Source of the DNA: Vermamoeba vermiformis
Taxonomy: Eukaryota
DNA: 64,000 nucleotides
Assembly: GCA_045837725.1 (NCBI GenBank)
Contig: JBEWZL010000203.1
Location: forward strand, 1-64,000
Reading direction: 5' to 3'
The notes under the pieces are model-generated. The model did no database searches. It saw nothing but the letters and a program-made list of their open reading frames with translations, and was not told where the DNA came from. Both the position numbers and the translations under genes were made by a program. Each line of letters begins with the position of its first letter. The stretch's first letter is position 1. Positions 25,695-38,427 of the stretch are shown here, one piece after another.

Positions 25695-27116
25695 ATGACC
25701 ACAAGTGCGTTATATTTATCTTTCCCTAGTGGGTACATAAGGGATTCAGACCTATCAACTGCGATCCAACATCGTTTTAACTCGACTCGTGCGACCGTTG
25801 AGTCGTTAGAGTTTATGATTCGAAGATTTTGGTCGCAAATAGTTGGTAATGAGGTAAATAAGCATTAAATTTGATTTGAAAATCATTACAGCATTTGAGC
25901 GAGGATTGTTTACAAAATTAAATTTATTTTTATTTATAAAAAAGCGAAATTGAGCAAGTTTGCAATCGATTACGATTTAAAAAAATTAATGCACCGTTAG
26001 AAATTAATATAAAAATATTTGATCGCATTGAACCAAAATTTGTTGTTAAAAGTCTTTATTTTGTAACAGATGCTGAAAGCCGAGATTATCCACTACGCAT
26101 TGTACTGGTCAAATAACAGCATCGAATATTTCTATCATTTCTACGATTTACTAAAACCTAATCTGGATTTGGTAATCGATCGCACGAAGTGTTGGACTTT
26201 TGTAAGTAATTTTTGAGCTTATTACTATCACATTGTTATTGATAATATTATAGAGCTATAAGATGACTAACTTGCAATTCGCGGTGCATCGGTTTGACAA
26301 CGCTAAAATTGCCGCGCTTTTGTTGGCTCACGGCGCCAGCCCAGATCTGAGTGGACCCGCAGTACGTAGAGAAAATCATATATATAATCGTATATGGCTT
26401 ATACTGATATATATAACTAATAGAAGCCTTCGCATGTCGCTCAAAGCATTAAGGAAAATATGACTAAATTCAATGAAATTTTGACGGATCTGAACAACTT
26501 GCCGCGAGCAGAATACCTGAAAAAATATGATATAGAGGACCCTCGTAGACCTAAAGCGAAAGATATTGATGGATTTGAGTTTAATAAGATTTTGCCGGAG
26601 ATCCAAGAGTTGATACTAAATATGGTAATTGACCGACAATTTGAGTGGCTCCGATTGGTCTGCAAAGATTGGCGAGATTTAACGATGAAAATTCTCCGAA
26701 GAAAAATTCCGAGAGTGCCGAAGAAAATGATTGGCAAATTTTTATACACGAAGAACGAGCCGTACGATGAAGAAACGACTTTAACGCTCAAAAACTCCGT
26801 GGAGGTGCTCGAAACCGACGAAATTTCGCTGAAAATATTCCAAGATCGGGTGGATCTGCAACCAACAAGCACAGCGTTAGAAAAAATATTGCCTTCGTCG
26901 ACTGAAATTCCTTCATTTCCTCACGCAGAATTCGAGGAATTTATTTACAATTATTATCACAGCGGCTGTCAATACGTGGCGTGCGAAACAAGCATTAGTA
27001 CTTACGGAGATTGTTCGGAGACCACTGCGCGAGTATTTATTTGCAAAGCTGCAGGATTTGGCGTGTTCATTACCAGCAAGTCGGTTGTTGAAGGGCTGCC
27101 TGATACTTTTGAATAG
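25695..27116 (+). CDS. Protein with ankyrin-like repeat(s) followed by an internal F-box-like motif (start uncertain)
   Basis: Ankyrin-like TNLQFAVHRFDNAKIAALLLAHGASPD; F-box-like ILPEIQELILNMV...LRLVCKDWRDL. Confidence 0.5.
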
Positions 27117-27618
27117 GCAAAGTCAGTAGTAACTGGATCTGGTTCGGAATTAAAAATTAATGTAATTTTACCTTTGCCGATTGTAATACAATTTCCTCTA
27201 TTGCAACAAACGATTAATATATTAGTTAAAGAAAAAAGAGAGGAAAGCGCTTGAAAAATTTTTGGGTCGCCATGCGGTGGATTTATTTTTAAAAAATTTT
27301 TTTTTTATGGTTTTATTAAATTTTTTGGGGTTTTATTTTATATTTTTGAATTCTATGACGCAAGGAGTTGTAGACCTCTCAGCTACTTGAGCTGGCTGTC
27401 ATTCGATTCGTTTGCTCGTGTATCGGAGATTTAGCCGTGGAAAACTACGCAATTAGGACAACAATTTTTGAGTGAATTAATTTCCAATTTCAGAAATAGC
27501 TCACGAGTAATGGTGGCATGTTGTAACATTACAGTATGATGTCATTTTGAAGCATTACTTTGTGTTTATTTGAAACGCAACTTCCCGGTCATTTTCAATC
27601 CATTTCACTAACAAAAAC

Positions 27619-28667
27619 ATGCGTTGCTCAATCTTATGGTGCAGAGCAAGACCGATGAATATAGACTACACGCCACTAACACGGCGGATAAAAGAGCGCC
27701 AGAACATTATTGTCGCATTGCTGTCTTTTGTTTTAATCGGAGCATTAGCGATTGCTTTAGTCATCCTTCAGCTTAACAATAATGAAGAAATTACGCGATT
27801 GAATCAAAATGTCTCGGATTTCAGGGATCAGATCGATTTTATGAGACAACATCAATTCGCTGCACGACGCAAAATGATTGAAGAGCGAGAACGCCAAAGA
27901 ACAGAGTCTAGATACTACATAGAGCACCAAGAAGCTCGCTATTTGCTTCTCGGGGTTCCTCCGCAACTTCAGTTTGACCGAACAACGAATCCGAAATGAG
28001 CTTTTCAGTTTGTTCGGTGAAGAGAACATCGATATCTTCATGTATGTGCCTCAAGTGATCAAAGATGATCAAATACAGCCTCTTCCGAACATTTCATGGC
28101 CTGTCACTGAACTTCGGACCTACAAACAACAAGACTTGCGCGAACCAAAATCAGGTTTTCTTTACCACTACAGAACCAACTTCCAAGGATGGTTGCAACA
28201 GTACTATGGTATTGCTGGATGCTATAACGTCATACGAGAGTATCAAGAACGCACAAGGATCAAATACGAATGGGTATGAGCTTACAAAAACTCGATCTGA
28301 AACAAATTTCCAAGCTTTGAACGCTAAACATTGTCTTATTATCTAGATTGCACGTGCCAGACCAGACGTAGTATATTTTTATCCCGATACCTTCAAAAAC
28401 TCATTCTCGCTGCAAGATCTGGCTTCGAACGATTGGTGGATTCCTGACAACCAGCACTGGGATGGTGCAAACGATAAATTCATGTTGAGCAGCAATACTA
28501 ACTACGAATTATATGCTGATTTCGACAACGTGTATTATTACACCGGATTATTCAAGCCCGAGATCTATCACAAAGCAACCATTGAATATTTTGGGATCAG
28601 CATCAATATTATAAAAGATTTTACTACCCAAATTGTACGAGAAGATGGTTCGTACAACCCGTGGTAA
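27619..28667 (+). CDS. Type II membrane glycosyltransferase-like protein, copy B (one apparent frameshift near 27923)
   Basis: TM IIVALLSFVLIGALAIALVIL; same core as copy A; an extra A in ATAGAGCACC breaks YIGTKKLAICFSG. Confidence 0.55.
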
Positions 28668-28784
28668 TAATTAATAATAAAAAACCGAAAAAAGTTAATT
28701 CTTTTTAAACAAATCTTAAGATCGGATCTAGATCGAGCTGGATCTACAAAACTGTTAATAAAATACACTTTACTATCAGTAGTT

Positions 28785-31700
28785 CTACACGTCCAAAGTT
28801 TCCTTCTTCTTGTCTTTGTCTTTGCCACCTTGTTCTTTCTTCTTGGGAAGTTCGCTGTACATGTCGAGAATGGCATTCAACAAATGAATCATTTGCGCGG
28901 ACTTTTCTTCGTCTTCAATTTGAGCAAATCGTTCACGAATCTTGTTTTCATTTCGCGTAATGTGCTCGTGCAAGTACGCAAGGGAGTTGAGTCGAACTTC
29001 GCTTGGCAGTTCAAGATCCATTTTCACTTTCGCTTGTGCTCGTTCTTGCGGATTCTATTTTAAAAATATCAGCATATATTATTACACCACACTATATTAT
29101 ATATTATGAGATTTGCAAGAATAATTCGACATGAAAATAAAATTTCTTGGACTTACGAGAATGGATCTGTAGAACTCGGCGACCTTGGGCTTATTTCTGT
29201 TAATAAAGTCACTCAAGTTCTCCATATACGCCTCTTTGTTATTAGTAGCCATGTTCGCAAGTGTTTGAAGCACTTTTGCAATCAAAACAAGTTGTCGTTG
29301 AGCTACTTGATTTGGCGCTTCAAGTAGAAGACCGTAATAGTGCGGTGCTGTCAGTGCTGGACCGATGTAACTGCAAATGAAGTTAATACGATGATGATGA
29401 TTGCCTAATATGGTAAAAACAAAACTTACCGCAAGAACAACAGACCACCAATAGCTTTGAACACGGCGTCTTCATTGCCAAATTTGTCCATGATTGTGTT
29501 CGACATGCGCGAGAAAATTTGACGGAATTCACTGAACGAAGGAGTTAGCAAAAATAAAAAAAATGTAGAAAAGAATTGACTTACTTAGGTACTTTGTCAT
29601 CACCGTTTTTGATCACCGTGAAGATCTTTTGACACGCAAGAGCGAGTTGATAAACGTTCTGATCGGTGTCAACACTCGCGTCCTTGATCTTGTTCGGATC
29701 CACTTCCATTTCAATCTGAAGCAACGACGCTCCTTTATCATCGCCGTCCATTTTGTCTGCTTCTTTCATCGCCTTTGCGGCCACTGTGTTCAGTTCATTC
29801 ACGACTATGAAATTGAAGAGCAGTTAGTCGAAGCACAGGTTTGACATTTTTGACACTTTGACATGTTGACACGTGTCACTTGTAAGTGGTATTGAAGTGT
29901 CACTTACCTCTCGCCAATGTGAACCACAAGTACTTGGTTCCTACGAGCTTCGAGTAGAACTTGAACATCTTGCTACTAATACTATTTTGACGGAATATGG
30001 TGTTCTCGCTCGAGGCTTTTCGTGCTTCTTCTGACACGAAGTATTGCAACAATTCGGCACCTTGTTGCTTGCTTTGTGCCAAGAAGATCAAGTACTTCGC
30101 GACCTAACGATAAAAATTGAAAGATTAGACTCGAATGCGGTGAATTAGTATTGTACTTACCGCGTCTTGTTCAGTTGGAGCAGTCACGTCTGCAACTGCA
30201 TCAACAAATGTTCTGTCGCGACTCATCAAAACATCTTCAAGTTTTCTACGAAAGAGGTGATAATTAGTAAATGAACGATAATTTGAAACTACTGTGCTAC
30301 TCACTGATAGTCGTCCTTGGCACTAATCTTGTACTTGAGTGTCAAGTCAGTTTGATAAGCCACGGTCAGATAGTCAGGCTCGACGACTTCGACAATCAAT
30401 CCACCACGACGTTTTCTCCATCGCATGAACAGAATCAGCAGCACTGTGCCTGCAATCAGCGCTGATCCACCGACGACAACACCTGCCACGAGGCCTGCAA
30501 CATCAATGGCTGCACTGCAGTTCGATCCCCAAAGCTCGGCACTACCGCATGTTGCTTGAGTTGTGCACGAGTTAGATTCTGAACACCAGCCACAAAGATT
30601 CTTTGCGACACATTGCGAGCACGAGGTGAGCTGAGAGCAGTCTGTTTGGCGCCTTTTGTTAGCATTATAGAATTAAGAATAATGAGCTAAAATGACTTAC
30701 CAACGAAAGTGAACGGCACTGGTCCGGCAATCGAAGTGCTCTCATATAACAATCTGAAGTTCAAACTGCTCTCAAAGATCACTTTTGGCGGTGTGCACGT
30801 CAGCGAGGATGAGTTGACGAGTGTTGCTGACACTTTTGGAACTCCTTCAAACTCGCAAAAGAACGAGTCTGAAACTGATCTCTTCTTTGTACTAGTTTCG
30901 TTTGACGCCACTGAAGCAAGAGCAACGAATGGATCAATGGACGGATTGACACCGATTGTCAACGTGTCATTGCCAAACAATGTCGCGTAGTTTGGAGCGA
31001 CTGTCAGATCTGCCACAAAAAAAAACGATTAACTTTTTGGGCTAGTCTTTTGAAATCTACTTACCAATGCATTGTCGCAAGAAGAACTCCTGGGAACCAG
31101 TGCATCGAGTTTGAGGACCGCACGACTTGGTTGTCAAGCACCAGCCACAGTACGGCGAGTCAGACATGCATTGTGCCTGACATCCCGATCCTGTCGAGAA
31201 CGAGTTGCAACCTGAGATAATTCGTTAGTTAGCATTATTAAATAAGACATGTATGACTGCTTACTGAAGAAAGTGAAGTTGAGAGGCGAGTTCGGTGCTA
31301 TATCATCACCGTTCAATAACACACGTAAAAGAACGTCACCAATCAAACGACGGCGAGACGGTGTGACACAAATCAAGTTTGAAGAATCCGAGCTGACTGT
31401 TGTGCTATCAGCTGGTTGATCATCAAACATACACGTGTAAGTGAAGTCAGGGCGGGTGAAGAAGGGACCACCGTTAATGACTATTGTTTCGCCTCCCTCG
31501 AAATATCCGTAGTTTGGTGTGACGCTGTTCAGAGCTAAGAAAGATGTTAGTAGCCGCACCTTTGAAGCCTTTACGTGACTTACAAGGACATTGAATTTGT
31601 TGGAAGTCTGATGAATCGCACGTGAAAGCACAGTAGCGCGAGCACCATCTGCAACGTGTGTTCAGTGGAGCCAAACAGTCACTGCAGCCTGTTGTAATCG

Positions 31701-34700
31701 CCGCGCAATCTAACGAAGATAACATTAGCCAACAATAATAGAGGTCATTTGTAACTTACCGTAAAAAGTAAATGAGATTGAGTTCGTGTAGACAACGCCG
31801 TTGACCGTAATGTAGGCTTGTACGACCCCGACAGGTGCAACAGTTGTGACGCACGACACACTGCCATCTGTCCAGTTCGTCGCTGCGAGTGTACTATTGC
31901 CAAGCACGCAATTAATTTGACTCAAGCTGGCGACTTGTGAGAACGAGAACGAGCCAGTGAACACCACCACTTCATCACCGAGCGTTGATGCACTCGATGG
32001 CGTGGCACTCGTGATTGAAGGACACGTTGACGAGTTGCTCGAAGTAGCTTGTGCTGCGCATGTTGAGCTGCCTTCGTGGAAACATTGAAGGTTTGTGCCA
32101 CACCACGAACACGTTGGTCTTGCATCAGAAGCGCAGTCCGAGCACGAGGTCGCCGAGCAATCTTGAGAAAGAATTAGATTATCATAGCTTAATTTAGATG
32201 AAATCACTTACCATAAACGGCAATAGTCGAATCAGGTGTCAGACGCGAATAACTTCCACTGCCAATGTCAGCCCAAATACTCACCTAACACCGAGTTAAA
32301 ATGATATAATAATGAGATGTAGGTCCATACCCTGTGCTGGCCAACAGCAAGACCAGTCTGTGCGGGACAAGAGATGTACGTGTTGTTGGTGGGAGTAGCG
32401 TCAGTCAATTGAGCCGAAGTGACCGCTGTACCGACGTCCCATGCGCATTTTAAGGTTGGAAGAGTTTGTCCGTCGAACACGAATAAACCACTAATGTGAC
32501 TGCAAAAAAATAGAAAGAATCATAAGACCAAGAACTTTTCATGAATTATTTGACCTCTGACTTACATCGTTGTCGTAGCGAGATCACCAACGTAAATAGA
32601 GCTCGGGGAAATATCATTGATTGCTGATTGAAGGAGTTAGCAAATGCTACTCAGAGTGCATAAAACGTACCAGGACAACGGCCGTTGGTCGTGCAGGAGG
32701 CAGTAGCATTGGCAGCGTAAGTGCACAATCTCGTATTGAAACAGAACGTGCAGTCATCGCGCAGTGCAACGGCCGAGAAGGCGTCAGTGCACGTTGAACA
32801 ATCTTGACCGTACAAGTCACAATCTAAAAGTTCGAGTCAATTTCTCACTTTCAATATTAGCGGTATTATGACTTACCATAAATAATGAACCCAGAGGTCG
32901 AAGTGTAAAGTTTGCCATTAGCGTGAACTTCAATTGTAGTTTTGATCTCCGCTTGACCCGCACGAAGTGTGTCCCATTGAGAGCGAACGTCAGGCGTGAG
33001 ACAAGTGATCGATGTGCTGCTCACTCTTGTCGCTTGTGTCTCGAACTGACCATCGAACACACACGTGTAGTTAGCATTGGCAACGACTGTAGGCGAGATC
33101 GTCAATGTGATCAACTTGTCTGTGGAAAGAAATTAGTCATTAGTGTCGGTGACAATGGTCCCGAACTTACTTCCTCGAATGGATGCACCCAGCGAAGAAA
33201 GAGATGTCACAGCTGAAGAAAGGTGATTAGACCAATGATAACGAAGATGTGTAATATAGACTGAATTACCAGGGCAAGTTCTTGTCCACGAACTGGCGTC
33301 ACATCGTTGAGCAGATCCACAAGTCGAATTCGTCAAACACAAACCACACTCTGCCTCACTGAAGCACGAAGTACAATCTGGGCTTGCCGAGCATTCTGTG
33401 AATGTATTCAACGTTAGCAAAGCACCATCTTATCTTAATGTACGTACGATAGTAAGTGAATGACGCAGAATTTGTGGTCCACCAAGTATTTTTCCAACGA
33501 ATGCGGAGATTCTTTGAACCTGCTGCTGCTGCCGCAGGACTCGTGCATTGCAGCGATTGATACTGAAGATTATAGACGGTGGTGGTTGTTGATTCGTCCC
33601 ATACACAACGCAAATCAACGTCGCTGAGGAGATTTCCTGAAGAATCGGCGAATGTGCTGGTCACGTTGATGACTGTGTTGCCGTCAATCGAGCCACGTGA
33701 CGGCGAGATTTTTTGAATAACTGTAAGTACATAATGTTAGGGCTTGGGAGGTCTGAAAATGTATTTGCAAAGAGAGCTTACCAGGACAAATATAATTACG
33801 AATATCAACGTCCCAATCGTTCGCTGTGCAGTCCTTGGACAAGGAACAAACGCGAGAAGTAGAACAAAAGCCGCAGTAATTTTGATCCGTCTGGCACGTC
33901 AAGCAATCGTACAAGCCACAGCCTAAAATGACACGTGTCAAAATAATATATCAATGACATTAAATCAATATTTTCTTACTCGTAATCTGGTACTTGTAAA
34001 CTACGTCACCAGATCCAGACTTTGTGAACCAATACATGGCGTTGTTATCGAGATCGAAGTACGCGAAGAGCAGTGGCTTATTCACGAACATACCTGAATC
34101 ACATGGCAAAGTTAATATACGGAAAATATTTCAATTCGCTGCAAGGTATACTACGCGTATACTTTTTTACGTACTTGTTTGTCCAAACGACTGCCAATAA
34201 CTATTCAAGCGAATAATACTGCTCGAAGTATTTGTATCTTGCATTCCCCAGAAAACAACGTCGTTAATGGCATCTAAAAAATTCTTATCTTTAGTACTAT
34301 AGTTCCTTGATTATAAGCATCCGTTAATGTACGTACCATATCCAATGCCGTACATTGTTTTTCCATTTTGAAAGAAAATTTGACGACTTGCAATGTTGCT
34401 ATCAATCTGAAAAAAAAATTGTAGTAATTAGCCCAGTTATTATAATTACTAATAATAGCTGTACGTACTTCGTAACCGGTACCAGCATTATCTCCTGTAA
34501 TAAAAGTGCCTCTGCGAGGATTATTTTTCAACGATACAACCTGCGGAGAAAATTAGCTCGTGCGCGACAAAAAGACTGTTCGGAATTTCACTCTTACGTA
34601 AGCATTTCGCTCTGTTTTAATGACCGAAGATGTGCTAGCAATATATCGAGCCATAAAGCCAACGCTCCGACCAACTCCGTTTCTTTGGCCGCCAAACAAG

Positions 34701-35748
34701 ATCTGCACATCCAAAATAAAGTTAAAAACTCCTACATTTTCAAATTAATATACATACCACGCCACTTCCTTCATCAACTGCTACATAGTAATACGCATCA
34801 TAATAGATATAAGCCAGATCCGCGCTGAAAAAGTTATCCACAATTTTAACGCTGGATGCGCTTCCAGTAACTCCGGAAAATATTACAGGAGCTTGGGCTG
34901 CTATATAGATCGTATCGCTACTTGATAAGTACGCGCAATCCTTGTTAATGAACAAGTGTCAGTTTTATCTTTTGAATCATTACGATAAGTGATTGATTGA
35001 AAAGAACATTGTAAATATAATTGGCAATTTAATACTTTAATATATTCTTAATATATATTATACTTACTGATATAGTCGAGCACATATAACACCAGCTATT
35101 GTAGCTTCCCAAATTTTCTATCGTGCCGCTTGGATTTGTCAAAGCGAACCGATACACATTTCGATCTCGGCAAATGAATCCTGTATAATAATATTAATAT
35201 TATTCTATCATGTTTACAATAAACGATTCAGGATCCCGAATCTGACGCATACCGTAATTTTTTGCGGGAGCCAAGGTAACTGCGGCAACGGGAGAGGTGT
35301 ATACTTGTTGGGCAGAAGCCACATTATCAGGAGTACCAGTCAGCTGCAAAAGGTTAGTTAATCGAAAATCGAATCCACAACGACAGATGTGACGTGCGAA
35401 TTTATTTTTATTACGGTAAAGTCTAAAAACACTCCAATTGCTTACTATTATGATATAACTTAATTATGATTTATACGTACTCTATAGAGCCCTCCACTGC
35501 CTCCCCAGAAGAATATTTTTTGTCCGGTGGTAGGATCTGTGTAATTTGCAAATGCCGTTAATCCAGCCATTCCACCAATAGTAAACGATGAGCCTATTTG
35601 CTATAGCATATAACGGTATTAATAAACAGAATCAATATAAACGTTGAATGGTACGTACCACCATCCCGCGATCAGCGAGCGTTTGTGCTTCACTGAATGA
35701 GCAGTACTGGCTCAATATGAGCACCAAAACGGCCAGTAAAATGCGCAT
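28785..35748 (-). CDS. Plexin-like receptor: signal peptide, putative beta-propeller, (PSI-IPT)x6, PSI, TM, RasGAP
   Basis: Signal MRILLAVLVLILSQYCSFSEA; repeated CxxC...CxWC/CxFC...C..CP PSI units alternating with IPT/TIG units (ISPSRGSIDGNTVINV, VTPNYGYFEGGETIVING); TM VAGVVVGGSALIAGTVLLILFM then RWRKRR; RasGAP motifs IFRQNS, EVDPNK, GGLLFLR/YIGPALTAP, LIAKVLQTLAN, KEAYM. Confidence 0.85.
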
Positions 35749-36577
35749 CGAACAAGCGAAGGTAAACGATAACCTGTTGTGGCTGTGCGTGCTTCAAATA
35801 ATTATGATTGAATGTCAAAGCGGGGCCCGCGTGTGAAATTTGTTCGTTGTGATTCGATTGGGGAGTCCAATTCCGTTGTTCAACATTATAATTAATATTG
35901 TATATTCAACTGAAGGCTTTGCAAGTGATTACGAATAATCTTTTCCTAACCATTTGTACGAGAAGTTCGTATTTTCTTCGGATCCGTGATTGAATTCAAA
36001 TTCGAAATGCGCCTACTGGATGGTACATACCAAACATGGTAATTGATCAGATCTAATAATTCAAATTTCAATTGATTTCAGAACTCACTGGGAATCATTT
36101 CATCACCATCTCCGCAACTGTCGTGGCAAGTCCACTGTGTGAAAATTAGTATATACTCGCCAAATGCACGTGTAAATAATTGGAGGTAGTCTGGACTGAT
36201 TTTCTGGGTACCAGATTTGCAATCCGACGAAACCGAAAAAATCCAAAAATTGAAACAAAATTTGTGTTGGCCCTGGCAAGAGTCATTATTCATTTAATTG
36301 CGAAGTTTCAATATTTATGGCTCTCTTACTGGATTATTTTTGAGTAGCGTCAGTAAAGAATCTTTCTCAATCGTACACCATTCGAGTTCTTCTTTCTAAA
36401 GCCTTATAATTACCAACAGGTATTTCATAGTCGTGCCAGAGAAGCTAAAAATGAGGCTGTTGTTCTCTGAAACTAAAATTATCACGTTTACAGGGAAGCC
36501 CAAAAATTCTACGACGCTGTTTCTGGCTAGAAATAATTTAAAGTCAGCTGTGAGCACACATTGACTTATATTTTGTA

Positions 36578-38291
36578 ATGGATACCTTGCCAGAAGAATT
36601 AAAAGCAGCACTGGCGCTGCATCTGCCTCCGACCTCGATCGTCAAATTTGCACAGTCTTCAAAATCAATTAATGGCGCTTTAAAACAAGAAACTTTTTGG
36701 AAGCAATTATATACACGTGATTATGAACGAAATTCGCGACAAATTACCGCAGGCAACTGGAATTCAATTTACAAACAGACGTATGAATTATTTTATTCTT
36801 TTGAATTTCATATTTTATTTCAACTATCGACTTAATATATATAACACAAATATTACTAATATGCAATTGCTCATTTTTCTAATTTTTTTGGTTTTCTAAT
36901 TAGGATCTCGATCGCGCATTTTTCTAACTTTTTTCCTGCCTTTAGTTATACACAACACATGCAATGGCTGCATCCCAAAGGCCAATTAAATGTTATTCAA
37001 AACGTGAAACTTGGCCATCGAGTCGTTTGTGCTGCATACGATCCAGAAACACGATCAGCGTTTACAGGAGGTTGGGACATGCCCGTTCAAGAATTTAAAA
37101 TAGGAGACGATTACACTATTACACCTTTTGCTAAGTACGAGGTTGGAGGGACTGCAGAGGCCACAGAGTATTGGTGTAAGTGAGCTAGCAGATTTGTAAC
37201 AAATTCGTTACACTTAGTCTGAATAGTAAATAATATGAATATTAATAACATTTTATAGCTGCATTTTCTGGCTCTTGTTCGCTCGCATTTAGCGATCGAA
37301 TTCTAATGACGGGACTTTACAGTGGTACGTCAATTGTAAAAATGCCTATCTCTCTTTAATTAATTGCTAATATCGTGATATTAATAGGCGAATTATTGAT
37401 ATTCGATCGCAATGAAAAGACTTTGCTGCGAAGATTATCGAAAAAAGATGTTCCTGGTACTCACGAGCTCAGATCCATCCAATTTGACAATGAAAAAATC
37501 ATTTGTCCTTCAGAAGACCGTCATCTCAAGGTACAAATATCTTCATATATAGACATTATAAGCTTACATGTTTTATTAATAGGTTTGGGACACAGAGACG
37601 GGAACGCTGTTACAGCACTTTAAAGATCCGGATAACGGCAAGTGTTGGATAGCAAAGTTCGACAATGCCTCGCATATGTGTTTATATGGCAATTCTGCGT
37701 CTAAAGCAGTCGCGGTTGATATGCGCACTTGGACTGCTGTGAAGAGCTGGACTACTGGTGCGACGGGCGAAGGAGTCAAGTCCCTGCAATTCGATGGCGA
37801 GAAAATATTATGCGGAACTATGTCTGGTAAGATGATCATGAGACGGTCTTAAGACAGTCTTATTATCTAGCAATTAGAGTGTTAGCGGATCCAGATCGAA
37901 CATCACTTTTTTTCGTTACAAAATTTTTGCTAACTTGAGTTTGATTATAGGAAGTGTTCATATGTTCGATTGGAATTCCACTAGTCTATTCGAATACTGG
38001 AATGTAAAGGGCTTGAACTACGTAGAGGACGTATACTTCGATCCGTTTAAAATAGTCACTGCAGACTTCCATTTCATTCACGTATTTGACCCAAAAACAT
38101 ATCAACTGCTTAATAAGTCACCACTGAGGGAGGCCAGAAACGTGTCCATTCAACCTGAATACACCGTCGTTGGTTACTCACAAGATCTTGCAGTCTTGTC
38201 TATGAAAATCGATGAAAATGCTGGAGAAGAGCAAAAGAACGACGAAGAGCCCGATAATGAACCGCAGAGTGACGAAGACGACTTGTTTTAA
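36578..38291 (+). CDS. F-box/WD40-repeat protein
   Basis: N-terminal MDTLPEELKAALALHL...FWKQLY; WD-like repeats FTGGWD, IQFDNEKIICPSEDRHLKVWD, LQFDGEKILCG; acidic tail. Confidence 0.8.
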
Positions 38292-38427
38292 TAAAGAAAG
38301 CAGCATCCGTTTAAAAATTTGAACTCCGTTACTTTAAAGTATTTATAGGTCGTAAAAACTTGAAATGGCTCAAATACATATAATTATCAAACCTTGAGTT
38401 TAATGTCAAAGGGAAACAGTTTCCATT

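Larger units (their letters stand above)
24000..28667. repeat. Inverted gene duplication: about 24000-24880(-) versus about 27790-28667(+)
   Basis: Near-identical translated segments and a near-identical intron (about 24323-24390 versus 28275-28346); N-termini differ. Confidence 0.92.
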
